A DNA stretch of 62,810 nt, the filler included. It is 3 parts of 3 records of this genome, joined end to end, with 100 filler letters (N's around TTAATTAATTAA, not from the genome) between each part and the next. Parts side by side here need not be neighbours in the genome. Positions count along the whole stretch, not along the records: positions 1 to 25,222 come from SRR31156797_12028; positions 25,323 to 31,591 come from SRR31156797_12032; 1 more part is not named here. The stretch is one strand, 5' to 3'. Below the pieces are notes generated by a model, which made no database searches, was not told the origin of the DNA, and saw only the letters and a program-made list of their open reading frames with translations. Made by a program: the position numbers and the translations under genes. Shown one piece after another: positions 20,640 to 31,691 of this stretch. Every line of letters begins with the position of its first letter. The first letter of the stretch is position 1.

Positions 20640-20776
20640 GCTGAACAAACAGCAACACTCCCTCCTATCCCATTGTAAAACCGGATTCAATCGGTCTTAT
20701 TTACTATTCAAGACCTCTTTTTTTTGTTATTGAAGGGATATCCAGTTTAATAAGCACGTAACGGAGGAGTAAGGAT

Positions 20777-20860
20777 ATGAGCTTTTTCTGGTTTTTCTTC
20801 GGTCTCGCAATGACTATTGCCGCTATTGCTTTCATCAAGGCAGGCAGCAACGAGGACTAG
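20777..20860 (+). CDS. 27-aa single-TM small protein (not in ORF track)
   Basis: GGAGGAG RBS; MSFFWFFFGLAMTIAAIAFIKAGSNED*; followed by hairpins. Confidence 0.65.
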   Translation: MSFFWFFFGLAMTIAAIAFIKAGSNED

Positions 20861-20898
20861 TCATTACGATTAACGGGGGGTGCCCGTTATCTTTTTTT

Positions 20899-20924
20899 AA
20901 GCCCGCTTTATGCGGGCTTTTTTT
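20899..20924 (+). terminator. intrinsic terminator
   Basis: AAGCCCGC/GCGGGCTT + T tract. Confidence 0.7.
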
Positions 20925-20985
20925 ATGTCCTGCTTTCAGGTAAATATTCATATAGTAAAAACACTAACAATCAATCGGACGACTC

Positions 20986-22461
20986 GTGAGCAGACAGGAA
21001 ATCCTCGAACAGCTAGAAAAGAATAGCGGTGCATGGCGGATCATCCCCAGTGTCATTAAAAATGATCAGGGCAATCCTGAATTTGAAATGTTGCTGGCAA
21101 ATGCGGAAATGCAGGACCCCGGCACTGCATCCCTTAATTTCAGAGAAACCAAATGCGGGGGATTCGAATATGCATCAAGGGCCTTTCTGCACGCCCATCT
21201 GCAGCCCGGAAATCTGTTCATTGATGTGGGAGCACATTTCGGACTCTATACTCTGACCGCTGCCAAAAAATTCCCGGACCAGATGAACGTTCTGGCCATT
21301 GAACCGCACCCGGACAACCTGAAGCGTCTGGCCATGTGGTGTGAATTTAATGAATGTGTGAAGAATGTGAAAATCGCCCAGTGCGCTGCATCTTCACAAA
21401 GCGGAAAGAGTGAACTGATCCAAAATTCTTCCATGGGCCACAGTCTTGTTCCCCAGCCCGGCAACCGCAGTCAGGGTAAGACGATCACTGTCCGGATGGA
21501 AACTTTGGATAATATTGTCCGCCAAGCCGGATTCATGGACTCCAACGAACGTATTTTCCTGAAAATTGATACCGAAGGACACGAACTGGCAACTCTCATG
21601 GGAGGACTGGAACTGTTAAAAACAGGCCGGGTGGCAGCCATAATCTGGGAAAAAGGGCACTTCCACAACTCGGATAAAGGCATCAAGGAATTTACAACCA
21701 TCATGGGATTGCTGCGCGACATGGGTTATGAATCATACCGCTTTCCCCATGAAGATATGGGCGGACCGTTGGTTCCGTACTCGCCCAGCCATGAACTGTG
21801 TAATGTTATCAGCATCGACAAGTCACTTACTCCGCAGCCTGTTTACGAACAGCCCTGGGCAGCCCATGCTGTCATGTCCTCCGGCATGCGCCCACCTGTT
21901 TCAGAGAACTTCATGATCGGCTTCACAGAACAGCTTATCAAAGAAAAGAAGACCGACTGCGGACGCTGGTCCAGCTGGGATATGCTCGGAACAGAAGCGG
22001 ACCTGCGGGCAGGCATGGCCGGGCAACTGGTTCCCGAAAACAGTTCCGTGCTTGATGCCGGGGCAGGGTTAATGCTCCTGCGTGATTATATCCCGGAGAG
22101 CTGCACCTACACCCCACTGGATATTGTGGCCCGCAACCGCAAAACAATTGTTGCCGACCTCAACCAGCAGCAATTCCCAAAACAAAACTTTGATGTAGTC
22201 TGCGCCCTGTACCTGCTTGAATTCATACATGAAGCGCAACATTTTTTGGACTGGTCCTTCAAACACGCAAACAAGCTTATCTTCACCTATCACCCGCTTC
22301 TACCGGGGAAGGATGTTCACAAACGCAGAGGGGCCGGTTTTTTTAATGATTTCAATATCAACGAATTAAAACTCATGACTGAGAAAGCCGGCTGGAAGAA
22401 AATCCTGATCAGCGACATTACGTTCGGTCAGGCCTGCTTTGAATGTTTAAAAGAAGGATAG
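20986..22461 (+). CDS. FkbM-family methyltransferase fused to a second SAM methyltransferase domain
   Basis: DVGAHFG, IEP, KIDTEG; second LDAGAG motif. Confidence 0.8.
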   Translation: MSRQEILEQLEKNSGAWRIIPSVIKNDQGNPEFEMLLANAEMQDPGTASLNFRETKCGGFEYASRAFLHAHLQPGNLFIDVGAHFGLYTLTAAKKFPDQMNVLAIEPHPDNLKRLAMWCEFNECVKNVKIAQCAASSQSGKSELIQNSSMGHSLVPQPGNRSQGKTITVRMETLDNIVRQAGFMDSNERIFLKIDTEGHELATLMGGLELLKTGRVAAIIWEKGHFHNSDKGIKEFTTIMGLLRDMGYESYRFPHEDMGGPLVPYSPSHELCNVISIDKSLTPQPVYEQPWAAHAVMSSGMRPPVSENFMIGFTEQLIKEKKTDCGRWSSWDMLGTEADLRAGMAGQLVPENSSVLDAGAGLMLLRDYIPESCTYTPLDIVARNRKTIVADLNQQQFPKQNFDVVCALYLLEFIHEAQHFLDWSFKHANKLIFTYHPLLPGKDVHKRRGAGFFNDFNINELKLMTEKAGWKKILISDITFGQACFECLKEG

Positions 22462-22464
22462 AAT

Positions 22465-23232
22465 ATGAAAATTTATTCATGGAACGTTAACGGATACCGG
22501 GCTGTAATCAAAAAGAATTTCAACGAATGGTTTGAGCAGAGCAATGCTGATGTGGTCATGGTTCAGGAAACCAAGGCCCACCCGGACCAAATCCCGGACA
22601 AAAACCGTGACCTTGAAGGATATGATTCATTCTGGAACTGGTCCAAAGTGAAGAAAGGATATTCCGGCACAGCCTGCTTCACCCGCCAGCCGGTGATCTC
22701 CCACTCTTTCGGCCTTACAGATGAAAATTTCCAAGGTGAAGGGCGAGTGGTGCTCATGGAGTACGAGCAGTTCTACCTTTTCAACATCTACTACCCCAAC
22801 GGACAGATGAGTGAAGAACGTCTCGAATACAAAATGGGATTTTATGACAGTTTTCTCGAATATGCTGAAGAGCTACGCAAGAAAAAGCCCATTGTGGTCG
22901 GCGGAGATTTTAATACCGCACACAAAGAAATTGACCTAAAAAACCCCAAGGCTAACTCGGAAAGGTCAGGCTTTCTGCCCATTGAGAGGGCTTGGCTCGA
23001 TAAATTCATCGAGCATGGATATGTGGACACCTTCCGCATGTTCGATGACAGCCCCGGAAGATATTCATGGTGGAGCTACCGCTTCAATGCCCGCAAGAAC
23101 AACGCCGGGTGGCGCATTGATTATTTCTTTGTCTCTGAAGAGCTGAAAGGCAATGTAAAAAATGCCTGGATCGAATCAGATGTCATGGGTTCCGACCACT
23201 GCCCCGTCGGCATTGAACTGGTATTTCCTTAA
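22465..23232 (+). CDS. xth: exodeoxyribonuclease III
   Basis: SWNVNG, QETK, GDFN, WWSYR, GWRIDY, SDHCP. Confidence 0.95.
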   Translation: MKIYSWNVNGYRAVIKKNFNEWFEQSNADVVMVQETKAHPDQIPDKNRDLEGYDSFWNWSKVKKGYSGTACFTRQPVISHSFGLTDENFQGEGRVVLMEYEQFYLFNIYYPNGQMSEERLEYKMGFYDSFLEYAEELRKKKPIVVGGDFNTAHKEIDLKNPKANSERSGFLPIERAWLDKFIEHGYVDTFRMFDDSPGRYSWWSYRFNARKNNAGWRIDYFFVSEELKGNVKNAWIESDVMGSDHCPVGIELVFP

Positions 23233-23452
23233 GCTTAAATTCAATGTGGGGACTTCTACAGTTCCCACATTATATATTATCAAGAATAGATCTTATTTAA
23301 GCCAATATTTGCATTAAACATGGCTTCCTTCTTTGAAATAATGTATTGTTGTAACAATTGGGGTTGGATACTGTAAGTGGTCACGCACACTTACAACTTG
23401 AAAAACTAATAAATGGTCAACGATTCATTGTTCTGACAGGACGGAGGTTTAT

Positions 23453-25222
23453 ATGTTTAAAAACATGCGGATAGGTACCAAAATTGCACTAAGCATCAGC
23501 GCATTGATGATCATCATCTTTGTGGCATTCACCAGTCTGATTGTCAGCAAAGCCAGAGAATCCTCCATCCAACAAGCCCAGAATCTTGCGGGAGAAATGG
23601 CCGGCAGATATGGCAATGAAGTTAAAGGAATCATTGAAAAAGCCCTTGATGCCTCATGGGCCGGCGCCGCTGCCATGAAGAGCATTACAGACTTCAAAGC
23701 CAACGTAGACCGGTCCATGGTAAACGACTTCATTAAGACGCTTACCGAAGCTGACTCCATGTTCTTTGGAACCCAGATTGTTATTGAAGCCAACGAACTT
23801 GACGGTCGGGATGCAGACTTTGTGGGCAACGAGAAATACGGCCCCAACGGTGAGTACGGACAATACGGCTGGTACGACGGCGGAACTTGGAAACTTGCTG
23901 AAATGCATAAGAATGACCCCAACAATACCCGCGCCTGGTACATGGTTCCGCGCGACACCGGACAAGCTGTCCTGACTGAACCTTACACCACTTCAGTTGT
24001 TCCCGAAGTTATGGCTACAGTCAGTGTACCGATCCGCAAGAGCGGCAAATTTATCGGTGTAGTTGGTATCGACTTCGTCCTCGGGTCGTTTGAAACAATG
24101 ATCAAAGACATCCACCCCATGGAAACAGGCTATGCCTTTATCACCTCCAACAAAGGTTACTGCGTAGCCCACCCGGACAAAGATATTGTCACCAAGAATA
24201 TCACTGATGCCTTTCCTGAGACAGACCGCAGGGATATCCTGAATGCCATTGAGAACGGAAGAGCATATCACAAAACCATCATTTCTCCGAAAACCGGGAA
24301 AGAATATTACTATGTATTTGAACCTGTTGTAATCAGCGGCACAACCACTCCGTGGTCCATCGGTCTGGCAATCCCCACAGATAAAATCTACGCCGAAGCC
24401 AACAGTTTTTTCAAGCTGATCGTCACCATTTCAGTACTGGCAATCATATTGGTCATCGGTGTGGTCCTGCTTATTGCGCGCTCCATTTCCAAGCCCATCG
24501 GAGTTATGGTTAATGACGCACAGAAAATTGCAGAAGGTGACTTCGAAACCAAGATGGACCGTAGTCTTTTCGGCGGCGAACTGCTGACCCTGCACGATGC
24601 TTTGAGCTCCATGGTGGAAAATCTCGTTAAATTCATTTCCACTGCGGAAGAAAAATCAAAAGAAGCGGAACAACAGACTGAAGCAGCCAACAAAGCCCTT
24701 GAAGAAGCAAGATTGGCCAAAGAAGCAGCAGAACGAGCCAAGGCCGAAGGAATGCTGCAGGCAGCAAGAGAGCTTGAAGGCATTGTTGAGCAAGTCACAT
24801 CCGCTTCCGAAGAGCTTTCCTCCCAGATTGAAGAATCTGCACGAGGCTCTGAAACTCAGCGAGAACGCACCTCTGAATCAGCCACAGCCATGGAACAAAT
24901 GAATGCTTCTGTACTCGAAGTGGCCCAGAATGCATCTCAGGCCGCTGAAAGCGCTCTTGATGCCAAGAAGAACGCAGAAGACGGCGGTCGGATTGTTGCC
25001 GACGTAGTTTCCTCCATTGACTCAGTTAGCACGGCCTCTTCCAAGATGGTCAGCGGACTGAATGAACTTGGCACACAAGCCGAGGGCATCTCACAGGTTA
25101 TCACCGTAATTACCGATATCGCCGACCAGACGAACCTGCTGGCGCTGAACGCAGCAATTGAGGCCGCCCGCGCAGGTGAAGCCGGACGTGGATTCGCAGT
25201 TGTTGCTGACGAAGTCCGCAAG
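23453..25222 (+). CDS. methyl-accepting chemotaxis protein (dCache, HAMP), truncated by contig end
   Basis: two TMs, [35 protein letters not shown]. Confidence 0.95.
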
Positions 25223-25322
25223 NNNNNNNNNNNNNNNNNNNNNNNNNNNNNNNNNNNNNNNNNNNNTTAATTAATTAANNNNNNNNNNNNNNNNNNNNNN
25301 NNNNNNNNNNNNNNNNNNNNNN
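25223..25322. other. artificial contig spacer
   Basis: N run with TTAATTAATTAA at 25267-25278; abrupt composition change. Confidence 0.98.
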
Positions 25323-25472
25323 AGTTAATACTAAATCATAATTTCTAATATCAATGAAGTACTCTGCATCTTTATAATTTTCTGCTGCATCTACTTGGTA
25401 TCCAAAGTCTGTAAGACCTTCTTGCAGAGTTCTATTTAATGTAATTTCATCTTCAATAATTAATATTCTCAT
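25323..25472 (-). CDS. hsrA: homeostatic response regulator HsrA/CosR (partial)
   Basis: MRILIIEDE...IDIRNYDLVL; divergent from peb4-fbaA as in Campylobacterota. Confidence 0.75.
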
Positions 25473-25663
25473 ATAGATTTTCCTTAGTACGTTTGTAACT
25501 TAAATTTAAGTTAAGTTTAAATTTTGGCGTATTATATCATAAATATAGTAAAAATTAAAGGTTTTTTAAGGAAAATTTTGAAATTTATAAATAAGGTGCT
25601 AATTAACTTCATGTTAATATAATGTAGATAAAATATTCAAAACTAAAGTTATTAAGGAAAATA

Positions 25664-26491
25664 ATGATTAAAATTACAAGTAAAAAATTAGTGACAAGCC
25701 TTATTGCAACAATAACATTAGCAACTAGTAGTGTAAGTGCTTCTGATGTTTTAGCAACAGTAAATGGTGATAAAATTACTAAGCAAGATGTAGCAATTTT
25801 ATTAGGAAACCCAAATATTGATTTCAATTCTTTACCAAAAAAGAACAAAAATCAAATTTTAGACCAAATTATCAATAATAAACTTCTAACAGATAAAGCT
25901 GTAAGTAGTGGAGTTCAAAAAGATAAAGAGTATAAAGAGAGTTTAGAAAAATTAAAAAGAGATTTAGCTCTTAGAGTTTGGTTAAAAAAAGAGTCTGAAA
26001 ATGTAAAAGTATCTGAAAAAGATATGAAAGATTACTACAATAAAAACAAGGCTCAATTTAAAGTACCAGCTACTTTAGAAGCTAGACATATTTTAACAAA
26101 AACAGAAAATGAAGCAAAAGATTTAATTAAAGCATTAGATAAATCTTCAAATAAAAAAGAAAAATTTGTTGAATTAGCAAAAACAAAATCAGTTGGTCCA
26201 AGTGGTCCACAAGGTGGATATTTAGGTAAGTTCCCTGAAACTAAAATGGTTCCTGAATTCTCTAAAGCAGCAAAAGCTTTAAAGGTTGGAAGCTACTCTA
26301 AAAGCCCAGTTAAAACTCAATTTGGGTATCATGTGATTTATTTAGAAGACAAACAAGCTGAGAAACCTCTTGAGTTTGATAAAATCAAAAACAGAATTAA
26401 GCAAGTTTTATTACAAGAGAAATTTAAAAACTTCCTTGAGTCTGAAGCTAACAAGTTAAGAGACAAAGCAAAAATAGTTATAAAATTATAA
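25664..26491 (+). CDS. PpiC-type peptidyl-prolyl isomerase (PEB4/Cbf2-like)
   Basis: ARHIL, GGYLG, MVPEF, KTQFGYHVI; signal peptide. Confidence 0.9.
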   Translation: MIKITSKKLVTSLIATITLATSSVSASDVLATVNGDKITKQDVAILLGNPNIDFNSLPKKNKNQILDQIINNKLLTDKAVSSGVQKDKEYKESLEKLKRDLALRVWLKKESENVKVSEKDMKDYYNKNKAQFKVPATLEARHILTKTENEAKDLIKALDKSSNKKEKFVELAKTKSVGPSGPQGGYLGKFPETKMVPEFSKAAKALKVGSYSKSPVKTQFGYHVIYLEDKQAEKPLEFDKIKNRIKQVLLQEKFKNFLESEANKLRDKAKIVIKL

Positions 26492-26502
26492 GGAGAAAAT
26501 TA

Positions 26503-27570
26503 GTGGCTGTATTAGATGTTGTTAAACCTGGTGTATTAAGTGGAAGTGAGGCAAAAAAACTTTTTGCCTATGCAAAGGAAAATAAATTTGCTATTCCTGC
26601 TGTAAATGTAGTAGGAACGGATTCTGTAAATGCGGTATTAGAAGCTGCAGCAAAAGTTAATTCACCAGTAATTATACAATTTTCAAATGGTGGAGCACAA
26701 TATTTTGCAGGGAAAGGTCTTAAAACTGCTGACGCAGCAGTTTTAGGAGGAGTAAGTGGAGCTATTCATGTTCATACAATGGCAGAAGCTTATGGTATCC
26801 CTGTTATTTTACATACTGACCACGCTGCAAGAAAACTTTTACCATGGATTGATGGTTTACTTGAAGCTGGTAAAAAACACTTTGAAAAAACTGGTAAACC
26901 TTTATATACTTCTCATATGTTAGACCTTTCAGAAGAGTCTTTAGAAGATAATATTGGAACATGTGTTGAGTACTTCAAAACAATGAATGAACTTGATATG
27001 ATGATTGAGATTGAGCTTGGAATTACTGGTGGGGAAGAAGATGGTGTAGACAACACAGATGTTGACAATGCATTACTTTATACTCAACCAGAAGAAGTAT
27101 GTTATGCATATGAAGAGTTATCAAAAGTTTCTGAAAACTTCACAATTGCGGCATCATTCGGTAACGTTCATGGTGTTTATAAACCAGGGAATGTTGTATT
27201 AAGCCCAAAAATCTTAGAAAATTCTCAAAAATTTATTGAAGAAAAACACAGTACAGCTACTAAACCAGTTGACTTTGTTTTCCATGGTGGTTCAGGTTCT
27301 GAGCTTCATGAAATTAGAGAAGCCATTGAGTATGGTGTTATTAAAATGAATATTGATACTGATACACAGTGGTCATTCTGGGATGGTGTAAGAGCTTACG
27401 AAGCTAAAAACCATGATTATTTACAAGGTCAAATTGGTAACCCTGATGGTGAAGATAAGCCAAATAAGTCTTATTATGACCCAAGAAAATGGTTAAGAGC
27501 AGGACAAGAGTCTATGATTGCTAGACTTGAAACAGCTTACTCTGACCTTTGTTCTATTAACAAAAACTAG
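26503..27570 (+). CDS. fbaA: class II fructose-bisphosphate aldolase
   Basis: HTDH, GGEEDG, GNVHGVYKPG, FHGGSG, YDPR.WLR. Confidence 0.97.
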   Translation: MAVLDVVKPGVLSGSEAKKLFAYAKENKFAIPAVNVVGTDSVNAVLEAAAKVNSPVIIQFSNGGAQYFAGKGLKTADAAVLGGVSGAIHVHTMAEAYGIPVILHTDHAARKLLPWIDGLLEAGKKHFEKTGKPLYTSHMLDLSEESLEDNIGTCVEYFKTMNELDMMIEIELGITGGEEDGVDNTDVDNALLYTQPEEVCYAYEELSKVSENFTIAASFGNVHGVYKPGNVVLSPKILENSQKFIEEKHSTATKPVDFVFHGGSGSELHEIREAIEYGVIKMNIDTDTQWSFWDGVRAYEAKNHDYLQGQIGNPDGEDKPNKSYYDPRKWLRAGQESMIARLETAYSDLCSINKN

Positions 27571-27582
27571 TCATTATAGAGT

Positions 27583-27605
27583 GGTAGCCTAAGATTAGGC
27601 TATCA
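27583..27605. terminator. bidirectional terminator
   Basis: TGGTAGCCTAA/TTAGGCTATCA. Confidence 0.6.
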
Positions 27606-27607
27606 TT

Positions 27608-28267
27608 TTATTGTGGTATTTTTATCATATAACCACTACCTCTAATATTTATAATAAAATCCTCTTTTAAAACTTTTTTCACTCTATTTATTTCAGATCT
27701 AATTGTAGAAATATCAACTTCATCACCAGCATAAGCATACTCTTTAAACATATCATAATCAACTATCAAACTTCTATTTTTTGCTAATACTTCAATAATC
27801 TTTATTTGTCTTCTAGGCAAGATATGAGGTTCATTATTAAAGTATAAAGTTAAATTCTCACAATCAAAACTATATGATTTTGACAATCTTTTATGTTGAG
27901 TTGGTGTGATTTGATTTTTTAGTAATCTATTTATTCTAATGGTTAATTCTTTTAGGTGAAAGGGTTTTTTTAGATAATCATAACAGCCAATATCAAAAGC
28001 CCTTGAAATATCCTCTATATCAATAAGAGCTGAGATATAAATAGTAGGAATATCTCTTTTTTGCTTATGAAGAGTTTCTAAAATAGTAAAACCATTAATA
28101 TCAGGAACATTAATATCTAATATTAGTAAATCAAACTCTTGGTCTTCTAAAAGCTTTAAACATTCGTTCCCTGTGCTTGTACTTTTTATTAAGTGTCCTG
28201 TTGATGTTAAATATTCATCTATCATCTCATTAAGCATAAAATCATCTTCAAGTAGAAGTATTTTCAT
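27608..28267 (-). CDS. OmpR-family response regulator
   Basis: LLEDD, LDINVP, KPF, NIRGSGY. Confidence 0.9.
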   Translation of the reverse strand: MKILLLEDDFMLNEMIDEYLTSTGHLIKSTSTGNECLKLLEDQEFDLLILDINVPDINGFTILETLHKQKRDIPTIYISALIDIEDISRAFDIGCYDYLKKPFHLKELTIRINRLLKNQITPTQHKRLSKSYSFDCENLTLYFNNEPHILPRRQIKIIEVLAKNRSLIVDYDMFKEYAYAGDEVDISTIRSEINRVKKVLKEDFIINIRGSGYMIKIPQ

Positions 28268-30176
28268 TTTTTGTATCCTTAAAAGTATAGATAAAAGATG
28301 CAAAATCTTCATTTGATTCAAGCTCTATTTTTACATCTTCTTCTTCGCAAATTCTTTTTACTAAGTTTAATCCTAATCCAAAGCCATTTTGTGTGGTTTG
28401 TTCTCTATAGTATTCTTCAAATATCTTTCTTTTATCTAGTATCTGTTTTGAGATACTAGTTATTTTTAAAACTGTTTTAGAATCAATTTTTTCTATTGAA
28501 ATATCAATCTTATTTTTTGGTAAGGTATATTTAATTGCATTTGTTAAATTGTTGTCAACTATTCTTTGAAGTTTTGTTTCATCAAAGAAAACATAAATCT
28601 CTTTTAAAGAAGTTTGAAAGTTGAAATCAAGTTTTGCTTTTCTTGCAATAAGAGAAAAAAACTCAATTCTACTTCTTAGAAAATCCACAAGATTTATTTG
28701 ATGTTTTACTCTATGTACATGGTCTTTTTTTATTAAATAGCTTAAGTCATCATAGATATTATAAAGAGTTTTCATTGCTATTTCTATATTTGAAATATAT
28801 TTATTTTTACCATGTTCCATTTTGTACATATCAATATTTCCCATGATAACTGATAAAGGAGTATTTGTTTCATGTACTGAGTGTTTTAAAAACTGTTTTT
28901 GCAAGTTTAAAAGTTGTTCTGAGTATAAAGTTTTCTCTTCTAGTTTTTTTGATTGCTCATTATAATCTTTTGTTGATTGTTGAATTAAGTGGGTTAAAGC
29001 TTGTAAACTTCTTGCATGTTCACTTATTTGATTCTCTTCTTTAGGAAGGAAAGTTTTTGTTTTAACTGAGTCTTCTTTTTCACTTAAAGCTACAACTGTA
29101 AGTGTTTGATTTAAAAACTGATTTGAGTTTTTCTCTTTATTGTGATAAAACTCTCCATAGGTAAAAAAACCAGAAGTTGGGGCAATTTTTGAAAAAGGTT
29201 CAATCTCTAAATCAATTATATTTGGCATATATCTTCGTCTAGCCATACAAGAGTAGATAAAAAAGCTTTGAGTATTATTTATATTGTCTGCTTTAAATAA
29301 TGACTTAAGTGGGTTGTTCATAATAAGCTCTATATTTCCAAATCCAAGTTTTACTTTGTCATCTTTTAAAAGATTTCCTGCAAAGCTCAAACTTCCATCA
29401 TCATGTTTTTTTATTACAGCTCTTGCTAATGAAACACCATTTCTTTTCACTATTAATGGAAACTCAATTCCTGTTGCAGGCAAAGATTTTGCAACATATT
29501 CTCCTAGGTATTTTTCATAAAAATCTAAAGATTTAAGTCCTGATATTTTATAAACACGGTTATCTTTTACTTCATCTATTCTATGGGAAATCCCTATAGC
29601 AGACCAATTGAAGTTAAAAGCTGTTTTTACATCTAAGTTTTTAGAGTTAAGGGAAACTGCAACTGCTCCACTTGTATAGATTTGATTGTTTATTGCAATA
29701 AATGTTTGAGTAAAACTAGCATTATCTGCTGCCATTCCTCCACAAATAGGAACTTTATTATTAACTGTTTCAATACCTTTTAAAAACTCTTCTCCATTTG
29801 TTTTTTCTCCATCAGTAAAACAAATAAGAAGTTTTGTATCTTCTTTAATTAAGCTTTTCGCTATTTTTGTGCCATTTTCAAAACTTGTTTTTTCATCAAA
29901 ATAAGTAGCTTCAAAAGTAGTGTTTTCAAAAGTAGATATGCTAATTACGGTGTTTAAAGTAGAAACACTGTTTTCATAAATCTCTCCATCAGTTGATGAG
30001 GCTATGCATACACTTTGGGGTAATTCTTTTTTTAAAGTATTTAAAATCTCTTGTAAGTTTTTTCTATTTTGTCCACAAAAGACTTGAATAAGTATGTTTT
30101 CTTGGGTTTTAAATTTATTAAAGTTGATTGAGTTATAAAGTTGATTATTTTTAATAATAAAATTAGATGTTTTCAT
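28248..30176 (-). CDS. FIST-domain sensor histidine kinase
   Basis: GGMAAD, SCMARR, GFFTYGE (FIST); HETNTP, NNLTNA, GFGLGL. Confidence 0.9.
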   Translation of the reverse strand: MKTSNFIIKNNQLYNSINFNKFKTQENILIQVFCGQNRKNLQEILNTLKKELPQSVCIASSTDGEIYENSVSTLNTVISISTFENTTFEATYFDEKTSFENGTKIAKSLIKEDTKLLICFTDGEKTNGEEFLKGIETVNNKVPICGGMAADNASFTQTFIAINNQIYTSGAVAVSLNSKNLDVKTAFNFNWSAIGISHRIDEVKDNRVYKISGLKSLDFYEKYLGEYVAKSLPATGIEFPLIVKRNGVSLARAVIKKHDDGSLSFAGNLLKDDKVKLGFGNIELIMNNPLKSLFKADNINNTQSFFIYSCMARRRYMPNIIDLEIEPFSKIAPTSGFFTYGEFYHNKEKNSNQFLNQTLTVVALSEKEDSVKTKTFLPKEENQISEHARSLQALTHLIQQSTKDYNEQSKKLEEKTLYSEQLLNLQKQFLKHSVHETNTPLSVIMGNIDMYKMEHGKNKYISNIEIAMKTLYNIYDDLSYLIKKDHVHRVKHQINLVDFLRSRIEFFSLIARKAKLDFNFQTSLKEIYVFFDETKLQRIVDNNLTNAIKYTLPKNKIDISIEKIDSKTVLKITSISKQILDKRKIFEEYYREQTTQNGFGLGLNLVKRICEEEDVKIELESNEDFASFIYTFKDTKNENTST

Positions 30177-30385
30177 AAATAAAATTGTAGCATAAAAAGA
30201 AGCTTCTTTTCACAAAATTTAATAATATTTTTCTCTTTGAAAAGTGCCATTTTATGGCTACTTGATTAAATAAATTGATAATGCTATTTCTATGCTATGT
30301 TTTCGCTAAATAAGGGCTATATTTCTTTTCTAAAATTTTCCCAAAGGAAATTTAATTTTTCATAAAAACAAAAAAGGATTAAAAG

Positions 30386-31591
30386 ATGTCAACAGAAGAA
30401 AAAGTATTAGCATTTGCAAAGCCAGAGTTTAAAGCACAATATGAAAATTTTATAGGTGGGCAGTGGATTGCTCCAAAAAGTGGAGAGTACTTTGAAAATA
30501 TTTCACCTGTAGATGGAGAAGTTCTTACAAAGATTCCAAGATCAAATGAACAAGATGTTGAAGCTGCTGTTCAAGCTGCAAAAACTGCTTTTGAAACATT
30601 TAAGCACTCAACAGTAGTTGAAAGAAGTACTATGTTAAATAAAGTTGCAGATGCTATTGAAGCAAATCTTGAGAGATTAGCAATTGCTGAAACTTTAGAC
30701 AATGGAAAAACTGTTAGAGAAACTTTAGCAGCTGATATTCCTCTTGTGGTTGATCACTTTAGATATTTTGCTTCAGTTATTAGAAGTGAATCAGGAAGTG
30801 TTGCTGATTTAGATGGAACAACAGTTTCTCAAGAGATTTATGAGCCATTTGGTGTTGTTGCACAGATTATTCCTTGGAACTTCCCACTTCTAATGGCTGC
30901 TTGGAAACTTGCACCTGCTTTAGCTGCTGGAAATTGTATTGTATTAAAACCAGCAAGTGCTACACCTATGTCAATTATTTTAATGATGGAAATTATTGCT
31001 GATGTATTACCAGCAGGAACTGTAAATGTAATCAATGGAGCAGGTGGAAGAATTGGTAAATACCTTTCAACTCATCCAGACGTTAAAAAAGTTGGGTTTA
31101 CAGGTGAGACTACAACTGGTCAGTTAATCATGCAATATGCAACTGAAAATATCATTCCTTCAACATTAGAGCTTGGTGGAAAATCACCAAATGTATTCTT
31201 TGAGTCAATTATGGATGCTGATGATGAGTTTTTTGATAAAGCAATTGAAGGTTTAGTATTATTTGCATTTAATAGTGGTGAAGTTTGTACTTGTCCATCA
31301 AGAGCACTTATTCAAGAATCAATTTATGAACCATTTATGAAAAGAGTATTAGAAAGAATTGAAGCTATTACTTTAGGTGACCCATTACATCCAAATAATA
31401 TGATGGGAGCACAATGTTCACAAAATCAAAAAGAGAAGATTTTAGAGTATATTAAAATTGGTAAAGAAGAAGGTGCAGAGTGTCTAATTGGTGGTGAAGC
31501 TTTAGAGAATAGTAAATATCCAAATGGTTTTTATATCAAACCAACAGTATTTAAGGGTAATAATAAAATGAGAATCTTCCAAGAAGAGATT
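30386..31591 (+). CDS. aldehyde dehydrogenase (AldB/ExaC type), truncated
   Basis: IIPWNFP, FTGET, LELGGKSP, GEVCTCPSR. Confidence 0.92.
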
Positions 31592-31691
31592 NNNNNNNNN
31601 NNNNNNNNNNNNNNNNNNNNNNNNNNNNNNNNNNNTTAATTAATTAANNNNNNNNNNNNNNNNNNNNNNNNNNNNNNNNNNNNNNNNNNNN
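31592..31691. other. artificial contig spacer
   Basis: N run with TTAATTAATTAA at 31636-31647. Confidence 0.98.

Noticed and set aside
247-25221. Numerous antisense or nested ORFs in the six-frame track
   Set aside because: Shadow frames of well-supported genes, lacking motifs and RBS
25267-25278. TTAATTAATTAA palindrome (also 31636-31647)
   Set aside because: Artificial all-frame stop linker inside N spacers
14741-31591. Joint adh (contig 1) and aldehyde dehydrogenase (contig 2) pathway
   Set aside because: The genes are on different contigs from different organisms
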